Positions 39,919-53,626 of a stretch of 64,000 nt of DNA are shown here, piece by piece. The notes below the pieces were generated by a model, which did not search any database, was not told the DNA's origin, and was given only the letters and a program-made list of their open reading frames with translations. The first letter of the stretch is position 1. Each line of letters begins with the position of its first letter. Both the position numbers and the translations under genes were made by a program. The DNA comes from Syncephalis fuscata S228 (Eukaryota > Fungi > Zoopagomycota): the NCBI GenBank assembly GCA_025786725.1, contig JAHLTZ010000016.1:434001-498000 (forward strand), written 5' to 3'.

Positions 39919-41473
39919 GGATGTGAGTATGGATATGGATGTGAATATGGACGCGTGTGCGTGTGTACCTGGGTCACGTTTTCTTAATGACCTTGCGTGT
40001 ACGCTCGGCAATACCACCTTTTACAAGCGCGTGAAATCGTATATTTTTACTATTAATACGAAGAAACAATAAATGCAACGTCAACATGGCTGCGTCAATC
40101 TGTTGTGGCACAACGATAAAACGTAAAATCAAAGGCCCAAGCTATCTTCTATCGGGAGTACAAAAACTATTATGGCCGATCAGCGTAGAATTTTTCTACA
40201 CTAACATTGAATGAAATATGCATTGCAACAAAAAGTAATTATTGATTGCTTTTAAATAAGACATTTAGCGTGCTATTTGTAAATAGGTAGGCCAACCTAT
40301 CAATGCAAGCATGCTCCCTAAATGGTGGATAACTCTATAGCGATATGGTGTTTATTTTATTATTTGCCTTTTTCGTACAAGTGCCTCGCGCAGGCTGCAC
40401 AGAATTACCCCTTAGGCTGCCATTTAACATATGCATGCATAACTGAGGTGAGTTTGGCAACAAGACACAGCTCTATTCTCCTATTGACTGTAATTGGACT
40501 TTGCGAGCGTAAATAACACTTGATACAAACACTCTACTATTATTTAATCTGCAGCCTTTATTAAAATAAGAATTAAGTCTTTACGCTAATTGTTTACCAA
40601 TCATCCTGATATTTTACTTGTTATAGTAATTATTTAACTTAATAGTTGAAATTACTTAGGTCCATTTTTATTACTTATCAGATACATGTTAAACAGTGTA
40701 CTGTTCTATAGTGTTGATAGTATTGCCGGAAGATTGGCAACGCATGGATACACTGCCAAGCGCTGTCTTGTTAAGCTAGTTGTCGTATGCAATTAATGGT
40801 AGTGTTACATTTGGAGTAATATTTAACCGACTGCATGCTAGAACCTCAAGGCCTGTGGCATGATAATTCCTCGTAGCCACTAAACACACTTTATTTTTAT
40901 TTTCGTAACCGCAATAATTATCCGCTCCATCATAGCATGCATTACTCAGCCTCGCTTATTCTATACCATTGCTGATATTGTTTATTTCATAATCAACGGC
41001 TTGCGTTATAAAAATTATTGTATCGCACTCCATGCTATATTCATCTAATGCATAAATACTGCAAGATATCACGTGATAACTTAAAACTTCCCAACACTAA
41101 ATCATGCTATAACTATCGCCATTAAATAGCATTTTAATTAGAACGTATTAAATTGGAATGAAGGCCCGACTGGTTACTGGACCTCAATATATATATATGA
41201 TACTTTTATATTTAAAATATATGGATAGTATGCACTCGATACAAATACACACATGCTAGCCTACATTTCAATAGCACATTGATCTTCATGCTATTTTTAT
41301 TGTTGTTTAACCAACCTTTTGTTACAAATTGTTTAAGTCGGTTACTAAGTCTTTCGCTTTTTTATTGCTAATTGTATGTGTAAGATAAAGCACAAAACAA
41401 TATAAAAGACTATAAATAAGCGAGCGAGTGAACAAATAGCAGTAGCTAGTTTATAGTGTGCATGAATAAGTGC

Positions 41474-42398
41474 AATAATTTGACCTTTATAATCAATACA
41501 ATTAAAAGTGGATAACAGCATTTATCAATAATAATTGACTGCTAGACTATACAGTATATACAGTAGAATGAGTTTATAACAAAAAAGCATGAGCAATAGT
41601 ACGTAAAGTATAAAATACATGGCTCAATAAATACAATAAATAAAGTGTGTTGAAGCATATGGTGCATATAATATATTTAGTATATTGTAGAGTAATATAC
41701 AGTAACAATTACATGAGTGGATAGAAGATATATGAGCACAAGTTAATGATGGTGCTGATGATTTGGTTGTTAATAATATTCACCACCAAGTTTCATGTTT
41801 GATAGAACGAACATCTAGTTCAATTGAGTAGATATTATTAAAACAATCACTTGGCACTCAAATCATATGAAATGGACAATAGACTATTAAAGCAACATGT
41901 GTTTTAGTTTAAAATGATATACAATAGAACTGGGCATATTATTACTATTTCAACAGCTTAGGAATAGCAAACAGGCTGGAAAAACAATATGCACTTTTAA
42001 TAAATATGGTATACACTATCGTATACCTAAATTGTCGTAATGATATTATATTGCATCAATCTAATGGTAAATAAACTGCAACGGTTGCTTTAATTCAAAT
42101 CAACAAGCTACAATTGCATTAAAGCAAACGTAAAAAAATGTTTATTGATTAATAAAAGTGTGTACTGGTTATGCTAATTGCATATGGTAACCGAATATGC
42201 TAAACGCTTGTTTTGCGCATATTCAATCAAATGATATAACTGGATGTTTAAAATATTGAGTAATTTTAATAATTATGACCGTAAAGACGATCACGATAAC
42301 TGTGATGGGAACTAGTCATATTTGATCTAATTTTAATTACTTAATATGGTAATTGCATTAATTATATTTTATTGATGTACTATTTGGTGGCTGTAATA
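41474..42398 (+). repeat. 925-bp direct repeat, copy 1
   Basis: Matches 54209-55133 at a constant offset of 12735. Only one substitution was noticed by eye (GTAC vs GTGC near the 3' end). Confidence 0.95.
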
Positions 42399-42619
42399 GC
42401 ATAACCATAAGTAAAATAATAAAAGATTAGGATAAACTTACATGCATAAGAGAAAACATATAAATAACTAAACGTAAATAAAATATATGAATTATTGTTA
42501 GTAATACTTTATAGTTTGTCATTATCACAATCATAATAGTAATAGTAATCTTCAAGGATAAATATTTATTAATTTTATTCCCATACAATGTAACAATTTG
42601 TTACAGATTGAATGAATTC

Positions 42620-43257
42620 AACAATGGATCATCCAAAATGACACAAATGGGCCATCAAAGTGGATTTTCAAACAAAACGGCATAATCTACGTAATATGAA
42701 ACTTGGCTAACACCGTGAATTTTTTATTCCAAACGATTGTAGCACTCGCATACTTAGACTTAAAACTCACTACATTCCAACTTCTGCAAGTCATGTCTAG
42801 CTAGTATGCATGTGACAACAGCAATGTAGCTTGCTTGACAGTTATTTACCTCCTTTTCTTACACCATACTAAACACCATTCTATTTACACAAAGAAGTCG
42901 TTGTCTTCGTTACGTTCACTAATATTTTGTTATTTTAGAACAATCAGCAAGGCACCAGTTAACGTAACGAAGACAACGACTTCTTTGTGTAAATAGAATG
43001 GTGTTTAGTATGGTGTAAGAAAAGGAGGTAAATAACTGTCAAGCAAGCTGCATTGCTGTTGTCACATGCATACTAGCTAGACATGACTTGCAGAAGTTGG
43101 AATGTAGTGAGTTTTAAGTCTAAGTATGCGAGTGCTACAATCGTTTGGAATAAAAAATTCACGGTGTTAGCCAAGTTTCATATTACGTAGATTATGCCGT
43201 TTTGTTTGAAAATCCACTTTGATGGCCCATTTGTGTCATTTTGGATAATCCACTGTT
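42620..43257. repeat. Long inverted repeat (foldback/MITE-like): 297-bp arms, 44-bp spacer
   Basis: Arm 42620-42916 is the reverse complement of 42961-43257, with about 3 mismatches. Confidence 0.95.
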
Positions 43258-43856
43258 AATTTTTTGGCTGAAAACAAAGTAATAATATTTTAATAATACT
43301 TAATAAACTTTGTAAATTGTAATAATACACTAATACCAAAAGTAATGAAGTATAACAAATAATGCTGTCTACTTGAACATTCGTTGCTGTTTAGCATCTA
43401 GATTAATAATAATACATAACGCATAAATACTGTATCGACGATAGCTGACAGCAATACTGCTATTCTATGCGCATTATTTTTTGCTTTCCTATTTTCATAA
43501 TTTTTGTTTTTTAGCCATGATTGTCTCACAATTACACTTGCGATGTGTATAGTCGGGAATGAAACGGCCAGTCACGTGATGCTAGTACTCATAATAAAAT
43601 ATTAATAGTGACATCGGTGTTAGTACAGCCTCTCCTTATTGCTACTCATTCTTATTCTTGCTTTCGCCCTTCCTCGACTATCAATCACCCCTGCCGCATA
43701 TCATCTGACAACCCGCATCAACTCTTCTGTCATTCTTATGCTGCATTCTACCCTTTAATCTTCTTAAATTCCTGTATTACATTGACTTGTCAACTATTTG
43801 ATGTGAGATAGCATCCAGATTGTTAGCATTTCGAGCTATCCATCAACCAAGCAAAT

Positions 43857-45725
43857 ATGCCGTTCTCGCGCTTCTATGAATGGCTTTCAAACAGTCCGCG
43901 TCGAACGGACGGTGAACAGCAGCAGCAGAATGACAGAGAAAGGAGTCCAGTTGTATCGGCTTATCACTCGCAACACTCGACGCCTGTTGTTGTGACATCC
44001 AGCCTTGGCAACTGCCACCATAATTCTTCAGAGTCCCCAACCGTTGCATGTTCGCAGTCAACCTCATCAAGCTTATTAAGAAAGACTTCATTGAATCGAC
44101 AGTCTCGGCGCAACGATGGTTTGAAAAGCAGTCTAGTCTCGTCGAGAACACATTCAGCAAGTCCCTCTACCGCTCGTAACTCGGCTATAAGCCCAGTAAT
44201 AAATCTTACAAGAATGTTTTCCACCAAAAACATTAATCCTCGCCAATTGCTACACAAACAGAGCAGCGATCAGGCCTCTAGTGCCCCACAAACGGTTGGT
44301 GTAAATAACTCGATAAGTTCTCAATCTGCCGGTTTAGGCATTGATGAGATTTATATGCATGACAATGACAGTGGTCGTGGCATAGACGTTCTCCCACAGA
44401 TAGGTAGGTACATGTATAAAATATATTAATTTAGTTTATAAAAAGAGTAATCTAAATTTTACTAATATTTATTAATATGTACAGATTTTATTGCACGTCT
44501 TTCTACTGAAATGAGTCTTCATATACTTGGATTTACGGATGAAGCAACGCTACGCTCTGCCGCACAGGTAAATCGCTATTGGTATGAATTAGCGAACGAC
44601 AACGAGCTATGGCGCAAGCTTTATTATCATAATTCTACCTGGAATACACGAGCAATTCCACAGCAGCAAAAACAGCCGATTTCATGGGTATATGAAAATG
44701 AAACAGTACCTACGACTAGTCATGTTCCTATCAATTCACCAGTTCATTACAAAAATCTATATCATACTCGAAAAACATTGGATGACCGTTGGAAACGAGG
44801 TGATCTTAAAACACAGTTTTTATCAGGTCATTCCGATAGTGTCTATTGCGTACATTTCGACGATGACAGTATTTTTACAGGATCACGCGATCATACCATT
44901 CGTCAATGGGATGTACGATCTGGGCAATGTGTCCGCACTATTGAGGCTCATGCAGCATCAGTGCTGTGCCTACGACGTCACGGCAATCAACTCGTTACAG
45001 GAAGTAGCGATTGTACAGCAAGTATATGGAACCTACCTACATTTACCCAAGGCCATCGCTTGGTTGGCCATACTGCCGGCGTGTTAGATGTATGCATTGA
45101 TGAAGAGCTGATTGTCACTTGCTCAAAGGATACGACATTGCGGGTATGGGATCGTATTACTGGCGAGTGTAAACATATTCTTTATGGCCATCGTGGTCCA
45201 GTAAATGCAATCCAAATGAAGGACGGTATTATTGTATCGGCAAGCGGCGATGCCACGATACGTGTATGGGATGCTAAAACGTATAATTGTCTTCGCACAA
45301 TCACAGGCCATGTACGCGGCTTAGCTTGTGTGCGATTTGATGGCAAACATATAGTCAGTGGCAGCAATGATCGTACTATTCGTGTATGGGATGTTCATAC
45401 AGGCGATTGTTTGCAAACACTCGAAGGTCATAAGGACCTTGTGCGAAGCATTTGGTTCAACGACCAATGGATTGCCAGTGGCAGCTATGATCTAACTGTC
45501 AAGATATGGGATCGTAAAACTGGTCGCCAAACACTTGACCTTCTTAATGGTCATGAAGGCTGGATTTTTGACGTGCAATTTAATCATTCAAAGGTGGTCA
45601 GGTGAGTTACATTTAACGATTAATAGCTGGCTTACTCACATCTATATCATCGCAGTGTTGGTCAAGATCGTAGAGTTGTTGTTTGGAACTTTGGATATGG
45701 CCTCGATCTTACACATGTTTGCTAA
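43857..45725 (+). CDS. F-box/WD40 SCF substrate receptor (beta-TrCP/FWD-1/Pof11-like)
   Basis: F-box DFIARLSTEMSLHILG...VNRYWYELANDNELWRKL and seven WD repeats (GHSDSVYC, GHRGPVNA, GHVRGLAC, GHKDLVRS). Introns 44404-44484 and 45602-45655. Confidence 0.92.
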
Positions 45726-46222
45726 TGACACAGTATTAATATTATTGCTGCTATTCTACTGCTACTATTACTATTACTATTACCATCAAGACTCGAATTC
45801 GTCAAGGATATCAGCTATTTAAACATCTTTATTTTCAAATGTTTTACTGTTAAACTATTATTTGCTGCTTTGTTTTTGTTTTTGATTGCCTTCGATAATC
45901 ATTTGCCACTTCGTTTTACACAAATGTTACCTTTTAGCCAGGCTGAAAAGCCATTATTGTTATTGTCATCTTTAATAATAAACTACTGACTGTTTGATAA
46001 ATATCCATATCAACCGATACAATCGAACCAATTAGTGTCATGGGAAATTGGACCGGCTTTTGAATCCGTTGAACCAACCAACCAATGTTTTTAAACATCT
46101 TGGTCAGAATTGACTGGTGAAAAACACTTAGGTCCCACCCATTTGAATAAAATATAGTCGATGTTGTATTACAATTACCATTGTACAATGGTGCTCTGTA
46201 ACATCCCCACCGATCCACGTTC

Positions 46223-47877
46223 ATGACCTTTCAGCTATTATACCGTTTGCTCTTACGCAGCTTTCTACTGCTAGTTTTACTGGAAACATGGGCAGGACAG
46301 CTAGACGTGCATGCACATGCAACTAGAAATGATGCATCCCATTTAGTAGTTTTAAAAGGAAAACCAGAAGCACAAACGCTACGTGCTATTTCTAATCATA
46401 CAAGTCTACCACCGGGTGAGATTAGTATGCAAACAGTGGCCAAATTGCCACAAGTCATATCAGTGGGCAATCTTCATGTAGTATTGTCGCAACTGTCGGA
46501 TGACGTTACTTCTGCAGTATCGAATATTGCCGGTGTAAAATATGTCAATCCCAATCATCAAGTGCGTGCATTTGGCACAATCGAGCATAACTATGCTAGT
46601 AGAAATGCTCATGATAAACATGAACGACGTGCAATAGCGCCAATACCATCAGATGAGCCTGATGCTAATAATGGCACTGGTGTAATAATTTATGTGTTGG
46701 ATACGTAAGCTGATTTATTGTACTGACAAACACATTATATAATAACACATTTTATTGTATTTTATATGCTTAAATATCAAGCGGTATTGATATCTATCAC
46801 ACCGATCTAGGCAATCGCGCAACATGGGGCTTTAATGCAATGGACGACGGCGTAGATAGGGACGAGAGTGGACATGGAACGTTTGTTGCCGGGCTACTTG
46901 GTGGCAATCATGTAGGCTACGCAAAAGGCGCGCACCTTACTGCAGTTAAGGCAAGGCAGAACAGAACAGAATAAACTTTAGTATCTAAATAAATCATAAA
47001 GGTTTTGGACAAGTCAGGAGAAGGATCGGTAGAGTCGGTTCTACGTGGCCTAGAGTATGTCCATAATAATGTTATGGAAGAACCAAATAGGCTAGCAGTG
47101 GTCAAGTAAGTTCAAAGCCAAGTGACAATAATATACTGCGTAAACTAATTCAATCATAAAACGATGTAGTTTATCTTTAGGTACACCACAAGATGCGCTG
47201 CTTAACGAAGCCGTTGCCGAAATGACTCGGGCCGGAATTGTTGTTGTTGTACGTAACTCATAGCTTAATAATAATTTAAAGAATAATAATAATGATGATG
47301 ACGGTGGTGGTGGTAGTGGTAATAATGCAATGTTTATTAATTGTTATATTATCAACGATAGGTCGCCGCAGGCAATGGTGATGACCATGGACATGCCGTC
47401 GATGCTTGCGATTACTCACCAGGCAATGCGCCAGAATCCATTACTGTTGGCGCCACAGATATTGTCGCACAAATCGCGCCCTTTTCTAATTACGGCACTT
47501 GTGTAGATCTTTTGGCACCTGGCAATCATGTGCATAGTATTGCAAATACATCAAATACTACACTAGTGTCGCGCTCTGGCACAAGTTTTGCAGCGCCTGT
47601 TGTTGCAGGTGCCGCGGCTTGTGCAATGGCAAGCTTTGGAACGGTCACAAGCACTGAAGATATTCGACAGCATTTATTAGATATTGCTGTTAAAGATATT
47701 GTAAAAGGCAATCTTCATGGCACGCCCAATATATTTTTACAATCACGAGCTCAATTTGTACTCGACAGTTCTATGTCGAATGGTTACCGTAACTATTTTA
47801 TACCAATTTATATGATGCCAATCAACCTGTCTATTGTTTGTTTACTGTTTTCTACGCTTTTATTCATTATTTACTAA
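46223..47877 (+). CDS. Subtilisin-like (S8A, proteinase K type) serine protease 1, probable GPI/TM tail
   Basis: Signal peptide, I9-like prodomain, IYVLDT|G, GHGTFVAG, AAGNGD, SGTSFAAP and a hydrophobic C-terminus. Several short introns, including a GC donor at 46951. Confidence 0.9.
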
Positions 47878-48336
47878 ATAAACTTGCATCTATATAATTT
47901 ATTATTTCAATTTATGTTTAATGATTTGTATAGTAAGCCATACTATGCAGACATAGCCTCATGGTTATAAATGTTTTGCTCCAACACTATGTCACTCGTT
48001 TTAAATACTAGCCTAATTAATGTTTGAGTTCCGCCTACTTTTCTATTGTTAAACATGGCGGATGTAAGTGTGATTAAGACTGAGAAACAAATAAATCTCT
48101 GATAAAACTGTCTTTACTCGCTTGCACCTAAGCAAGTAAAAGTTGCTTAAATAAACCTTACTTATAAGTAGTGTCTATTCTAGTATCCTAGTTCAACTCT
48201 CTTGCTTATCAGTCTACCTTATACTTACTTTGTAGCGTATTACCATCACTCATTGATAGCACGTCCAAGCACATTGTTATTACATCTGCTCATTCGTTTA
48301 GTCATCGTTATAGTTATTCAATTAATTCGTTACACA

Positions 48337-49923
48337 ATGCGTAGTACTATCTTTTGTGTAGCGCAATTAAGCGCGCTACTGACGGTTATTTCGTTTTTGG
48401 AAATACCACAAGTATACACGGATGCAACACATCTCATTATACTCAAGGAACGCCCGTCACCAAGGGTGCTTAAGTCATTTGTCACACAGCTTGGTAGTGC
48501 GGATCACGCTCAAAACCGTACAGAAAACTTGCAATCTGACCCACGCGTTATTAGTATTGGTGAGCTACATATACTGCCAACCATGCTTAAGAACGAGGAG
48601 GTGAAGAATTGGGAAAACAAGCAAGAGGTCAGCTCAGTAGAGACGGATATAAAGGTCAAGATGGCTCAGTTACGTACAGTGACCCAGTCTGACCCTCCAA
48701 GTTGGGTAAGTGTTTTATTAAATCATCTATTCCTGATTAACAATGCATAATAAAAAGGGACTGGACCGGATCGACCAACGGAATCTGCCACTTGACAATA
48801 AATATAGCTATCCCGCAAGTGCAGGAGATGGCGTGACAGCGTATATTATTGATACGTAAGTACCTGATTAGTTGCTATATTCCCCCTACTAATGCACTTT
48901 AAAGCGGAATCGATACAACCAATCCTGATTTTGGTGGCCGTGCAAGTTGGGGCACTACTACAATTAATGGCGCACCAAACGCCGATGACAATGGACATGG
49001 AACATTTGTCAGCGGTATTGTTGGTGGCAAAACGTATGGCGTGGCAAAAAAAGTTAACCTTGTTGCCGTCAAGGCAAGTAATGATACATTTAAAAACTAA
49101 TTTATTTACAATTGTACTGTTACAGTCGCTAGACAGTCAAGGAGAAGGCTATCTTAGCAATATCCTTAGAGGTATGGAGTGGACATTTAACAACTACCAG
49201 AGCCAGCCGAATAAGCGTGCTATTGTCAAGTAAGCAAAACGAGCCACACCGCTCTGCATCGACTTATCACGCTCTTTAGTATGTCGTTAGGCCTTGTTAA
49301 AAGCAAAACAATGAACTCTGCAGTGGCTGAACTAACCAAGGCCGGCATGTTGGTGGTTGTATGTGTTATCCATTTCTATATGCCCACCACTAACCACATG
49401 TATATACTCATGTATTATCCACTAGGTTGCTGCCGGCAATGGCGACGAGCGTGGCAAGGCAATGGATGCATGCAAGTTTTCACCATCATCAGCACCAGAA
49501 GCACTGACGGTGGGAGCCACTGATCGTAACGACGGAGTAACACCATGGTCAAATTACGGCGAATGTGTCGATATTTTAGGACCAGGCGAGCGTGTACGCA
49601 GCTTGGATTATAAAAATCCAAGTGGTTCCACCGAAGACTCGGGTACTAGCTTCTCCGCCCCTTATGCTACCGGTGTAGGCGCTTTAGCCATTAGTGCCAA
49701 CAAAAATACAACATTGCCTGAAGATCTAAAGAAGCTGATTATTGGCGTTTCTACAAAAAATGTTATCAAGGGGGATTTACACAAAACGCCTAATCGACTT
49801 GTGAACAACGCGATCGACAGTATACCTCTGGCATTAATATCCTCCTCTGGTGAAAATAAGAACCATGCAAGCTGGAGCATAGCTGGCGCTGTTATATTCC
49901 TATCCGTGTGGATGTGGATGTAA
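48337..49923 (+). CDS. Subtilisin-like (S8A) serine protease 2, probable GPI tail
   Basis: [15 protein letters not shown] signal, W|GLDRIDQ, AYIIDT|[23 protein letters not shown]; C-terminus SSG...[18 protein letters not shown] donor at 49074. Confidence 0.92.
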
Positions 49924-50514
49924 TAATAATGCGTATTATTCAAATATTTTTCGCAACCTGATGTTTATTGTGTATGAATATGTACATGTGTATAAGTGCG
50001 TACATGATTGTGTGGCGTGTGTCAAAAAGGTGCCACGTTTGTTTCCAAAGCACGCATCACTTAACAATAAATAAAATAGGCAATAATGGATCCCAGAGTG
50101 ATTAATTGCGACTCTTGGCACTAGTACAAAAATCACCATTTCCAAAATAAAATGCAAATCTCTATCTCTATCGCCGCCATATCTCACCATCGTTTCCTCA
50201 ACGTCATTTTTTCAGTCCTATAGCGTTTCATCGCTTATTCGCTCTTGCATAAAACTAACAGTGCTTCAAGCTCCATACCAACTTATCTGCGTCACTTGTT
50301 TGCGCTGCTACTTGCTTGAATGCCTACTTAGCAATAACTATACTGCATTTTCATTAGCATATCGAACTCAATAACATACTCAACTTCTTTTCCACTGACC
50401 AGTACCAGAGTCTAGCAACCTATCTACTTGACAATAGGAACTGGTTTATCCGTTGACTTTGCAGTACAGGTAGCATAGCATCATTCTTTGTGAATACCTT
50501 TGCACCTGTATAAC

Positions 50515-51939
50515 ATGCGACTATCTGTCCTATTTTGCAGCGCGCTGGTGCTGCTAGCAAATTTAGGCGCTGTATCGCCGAAGAGGAACAAGTCCCTGCA
50601 CTGCCTGGCCCATCAGCTGCTGAGATGAAAGAGGCGATACTCGATCAAATTATTGTTTTTGCCAAACAGCCTAGCTCAGAAGCATTGAGTGCACTGGGCC
50701 AGCTTGCACTACAGTCACTTGAAAAGCTCGCAAATATGTATATGATTAGTGGTCAATTTGATGATGCCGTAATAAAGCCGCTTCAAGCTGCTGGCATCAT
50801 CTCATATACAGAGCCCAACCGACTTGTACGTGCCTCAAATCTCACCATGTCAACACAGAACTCACCTGCAAACTGGGCTTTGGAACGTATAGACAAGCGG
50901 TATTTGCCACTTAGCAATAGTTTTCACTATCCACCAACTGCTGGCAAGAACGTTACCGTCTATATCCTAGACACAGGCGTCAATACAAATCATTATGATT
51001 TGGGTGGTCGTGCGCGATTTGGCGTTGATTTTATTAACAACAATCAAACAAAAACAGATGATCATGGGCATGGTACTTTTGTTGCAGGCCTAATTGGCGG
51101 TGGCAAGTACGGAGTTGCCAAGTCATGTTCAATGGTTTCTGTAAAGGTACTGGACTCAAATGGAGTAGCACCTACAAATATCATTATCCGTGGCATTCAA
51201 TATGTGATCAGTCAGCACCAAAAGGATCCAAACAACATGAGTATTCTCAAGTAAGTACCGCTAATAAATAGATTATAGTCCAGCATGCTGGCAATGATTT
51301 ACTTATTCTAGTTCACTCATACTAATTACAGTCATACTATTTAGTCTATCATTGGATTCACCCGTATCTCGTACACTAAATAGCGCTATTATACAGGCCA
51401 CTCGCGCGAACATTACCGTTGTGGTAGCAGCAGGTAATGGTGACGAACAAGGTAATCCCCAAAATGCTTGTAATTATTCTCCAGCATCTGCTTCAAATAA
51501 CTCGGCCGTCATAACGGTTGGCGCGACCGATAAGAGTGATAATCAAGCCAGCTTTTCAAACTACGGTCCATGCGTTTCATTGTTTGCGCCTGGCGTCAAT
51601 CTTGTGTCGATATCGAACAAAAATCCCACAGGAATACTTACACTAAGTGGCACATCGTTTGCTGCCCCGCTGGTCTCCGGGTTTGCCGCGTTACTTATGG
51701 GCGATAGCGACACACCATTATTACCTGCAGATGTTAAAGCGCAGATTATCAACTATACTACACCGAATATTATTAGAAAGCTACAAGCAAACACGCCCAA
51801 TTCTATGTTATTTGGTAACTTGGTTGCCGCCAAAGCAGGCTTGGATTCATCGGCAGCAAGTCCATCCTTTTTACGACAGCCTTTGTCAGCTACAGGCGCG
51901 CTTGTCATTGCGTCGTTTGCCACACTTTTACTTCTTTAG
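50515..51939 (+). CDS. Subtilisin-like (S8A) serine protease 3, probable GPI tail; apparent frameshift near 50573
   Basis: Signal MRLSVLFCSALVLLANLGAV joins the main ORF if one base is added. WALERID, YILDTG, GHGTFVAG, AAGNGD, SGTSFAAP; tail SSA...GALVIASFATLLLL. One intron after 51251. Confidence 0.92.
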
Positions 51940-52024
51940 TTGTTTATTGTGCTCCATTACCTCTGTCATTCCTCATTGCATATACCTTCCCAATAACAAA
52001 ATTTGTTTAGCATTGAATTAATAC

Positions 52025-52750
52025 TATTTGGAAATCAAATGACTAATTTTGATAACATTTGTCTAACTGAGCTAGATGCTCGTTCTATTGAAGATGGATC
52101 AGGTGGTGGGTTTTATTATGATCACATCATCACATTATATTGCTATTTGATGGCCAAATGACTGTATTGATTATTTATACATTTAAATTAAGCATTTGTT
52201 TTATTGAACATAACGATGGGTGGTGAGTGACGTCAGCCATTAAAATACCTATATTTTAGATTTATTATTCAATATGCATATATCCACCATTTACTTACAT
52301 TATTCCCCTTCTATTTTACACTACTATCTACTACTCTATAGTATACTAAATACACTATATTACTTGTATGTTCCAGTACACTTTGCTCATTCCTCTCATC
52401 GCAGTGTATATATACCATAGTGTCAACACCACTCATCATGCTCTTTCCATTGTATATCTATTTTATTCTATATCATTTATGCTCGTATAGCCTTGCTCTA
52501 TTCAAAACTGTTTTTTGTTATTACCTTTATTGTTTACAAGCTTTAGCTTGGTTCTTTCACTCATTCATGCCTATATGCACACTATAACTTTAGCATTGAT
52601 AATCGCACACTTTCCCCTGCACATTCATTCTGTTATATATTGTCTCACTATACACTAGCTACGCACTACTTAGCTTTACTAGCACCAGTGCGATAATAGT
52701 GGCAGTAGTTGTACTCATTGCTATATAGCATAGACTATATGCGCCATATT
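52025..52750 (+). repeat. Dispersed AT-rich repeat family copy upstream of the 5S gene
   Basis: Collinear but diverged similarity to the reverse complement of ~31200-31830 and of ~54270-54600 (and therefore of ~41535-41865). Boundaries approximate. Confidence 0.7.
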
Positions 52751-53420
52751 CCTTTCTTCTATTATTTTACTCACTACATTCTTTCTTTCTATTTCTTATT
52801 TATTACAATCTATATATACCTATAACAGTAAGTACACCCACTATATGCACGCCACGCTTGAGTCTGCCTTTTCTTTCTTTCATACCATTATGCTCGTTTG
52901 TTCGCTTTGTTGCTATTGTCCCAGTGAATAGTATTTCATCGGCTATAGTATACACACTATATGCACTTTTATTTTTGCTTATGTTTATCGCCAAATACGC
53001 AGTATTGCTTTGCCAATTGCATTGCTATTGAATGACAGACTGTGCATATGTATATAATATATGCATATATTCCTTTTACTATTGAATAGTATTTATAGTC
53101 TATAGTTGTATATAGATTGCACCACGCTACTCATCTATGCTTTTGTTGCTACTCATTGGCTTATGACACAAGTGAATTATTGAATTGTGTTAATAGTATA
53201 TTATGCATAATAGTAGTAACTAAACCAGTATATTACATGCATACACTATTGCTAGCGTTGTATATATAATTGTATTTATTATTGTGCGTATGCGTTTGAT
53301 TATGTGTATGGCGCAATAGTAGATGCGTGTGTATGTATTTGTAGAATGGTCACTGCAATTGCTGTAAGCTTTTACACAAACTAGAAATTATGAATAGGTG
53401 CAAAAAAATGCCTCCACTTC

Positions 53421-53538
53421 AACTACGTTCATTGCGCCTAGAAAGCACCGGATCCCGTCCGATCTCCGAAGTTAAGTTAGGCCGCGCTTCTGTAGTACTG
53501 CGGTGGGGGACCACGCGGGAATGAGAAGTAATGTAGTT
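53421..53538 (+). rRNA. 5S rRNA gene
   Basis: 118 nt with AACTAC/GTAGTT terminal helix and hallmarks AAAGCACCGGATCCCGTCCGATCTCCGAAGTTAAG and TAGTACTGCGGTGGGGGACCACGCGGGAA. Confidence 0.96.
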
Positions 53539-53546
53539 CCAAGCTA

Positions 53547-53618
53547 TCTCTGTTAGTATAGTGGCAAGTATACCCGCCTGTCACGCGGGAGACCGGGGTT
53601 CAATTCCCCGACAGAGAG
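53547..53618 (+). tRNA. tRNA-Asp (GTC)
   Basis: 72-nt cloverleaf: acceptor TCTCTGT/ACAGAGA, D-arm TAGTATAGTGG, anticodon arm CCCGC-CTGTCAC-GCGGG, T-arm GGTTCAATTCC. Confidence 0.97.
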
Positions 53619-53621
53619 CTC

Positions 53622-53626
53622 TTTTT
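53622..53626 (+). terminator. RNA polymerase III oligo-T terminator
   Basis: TTTTT 3 nt after the tRNA. It is the first T-run of 4 or more downstream of the 5S start. Confidence 0.8.

Noticed and set aside
36786-40516. Short ORFs, including 39363-39722 and 39481-39747, upstream of the second Zn2Cys6 gene
   Set aside because: No recognisable homology or consistent exon structure. They could be UTR exons, but this is unsupported.
43569-43580. GTCACGTGAT E-box (also near 28310 and 41068) as a Cbf1-type regulatory site
   Set aside because: A short palindrome expected by chance; no supporting evidence of function.
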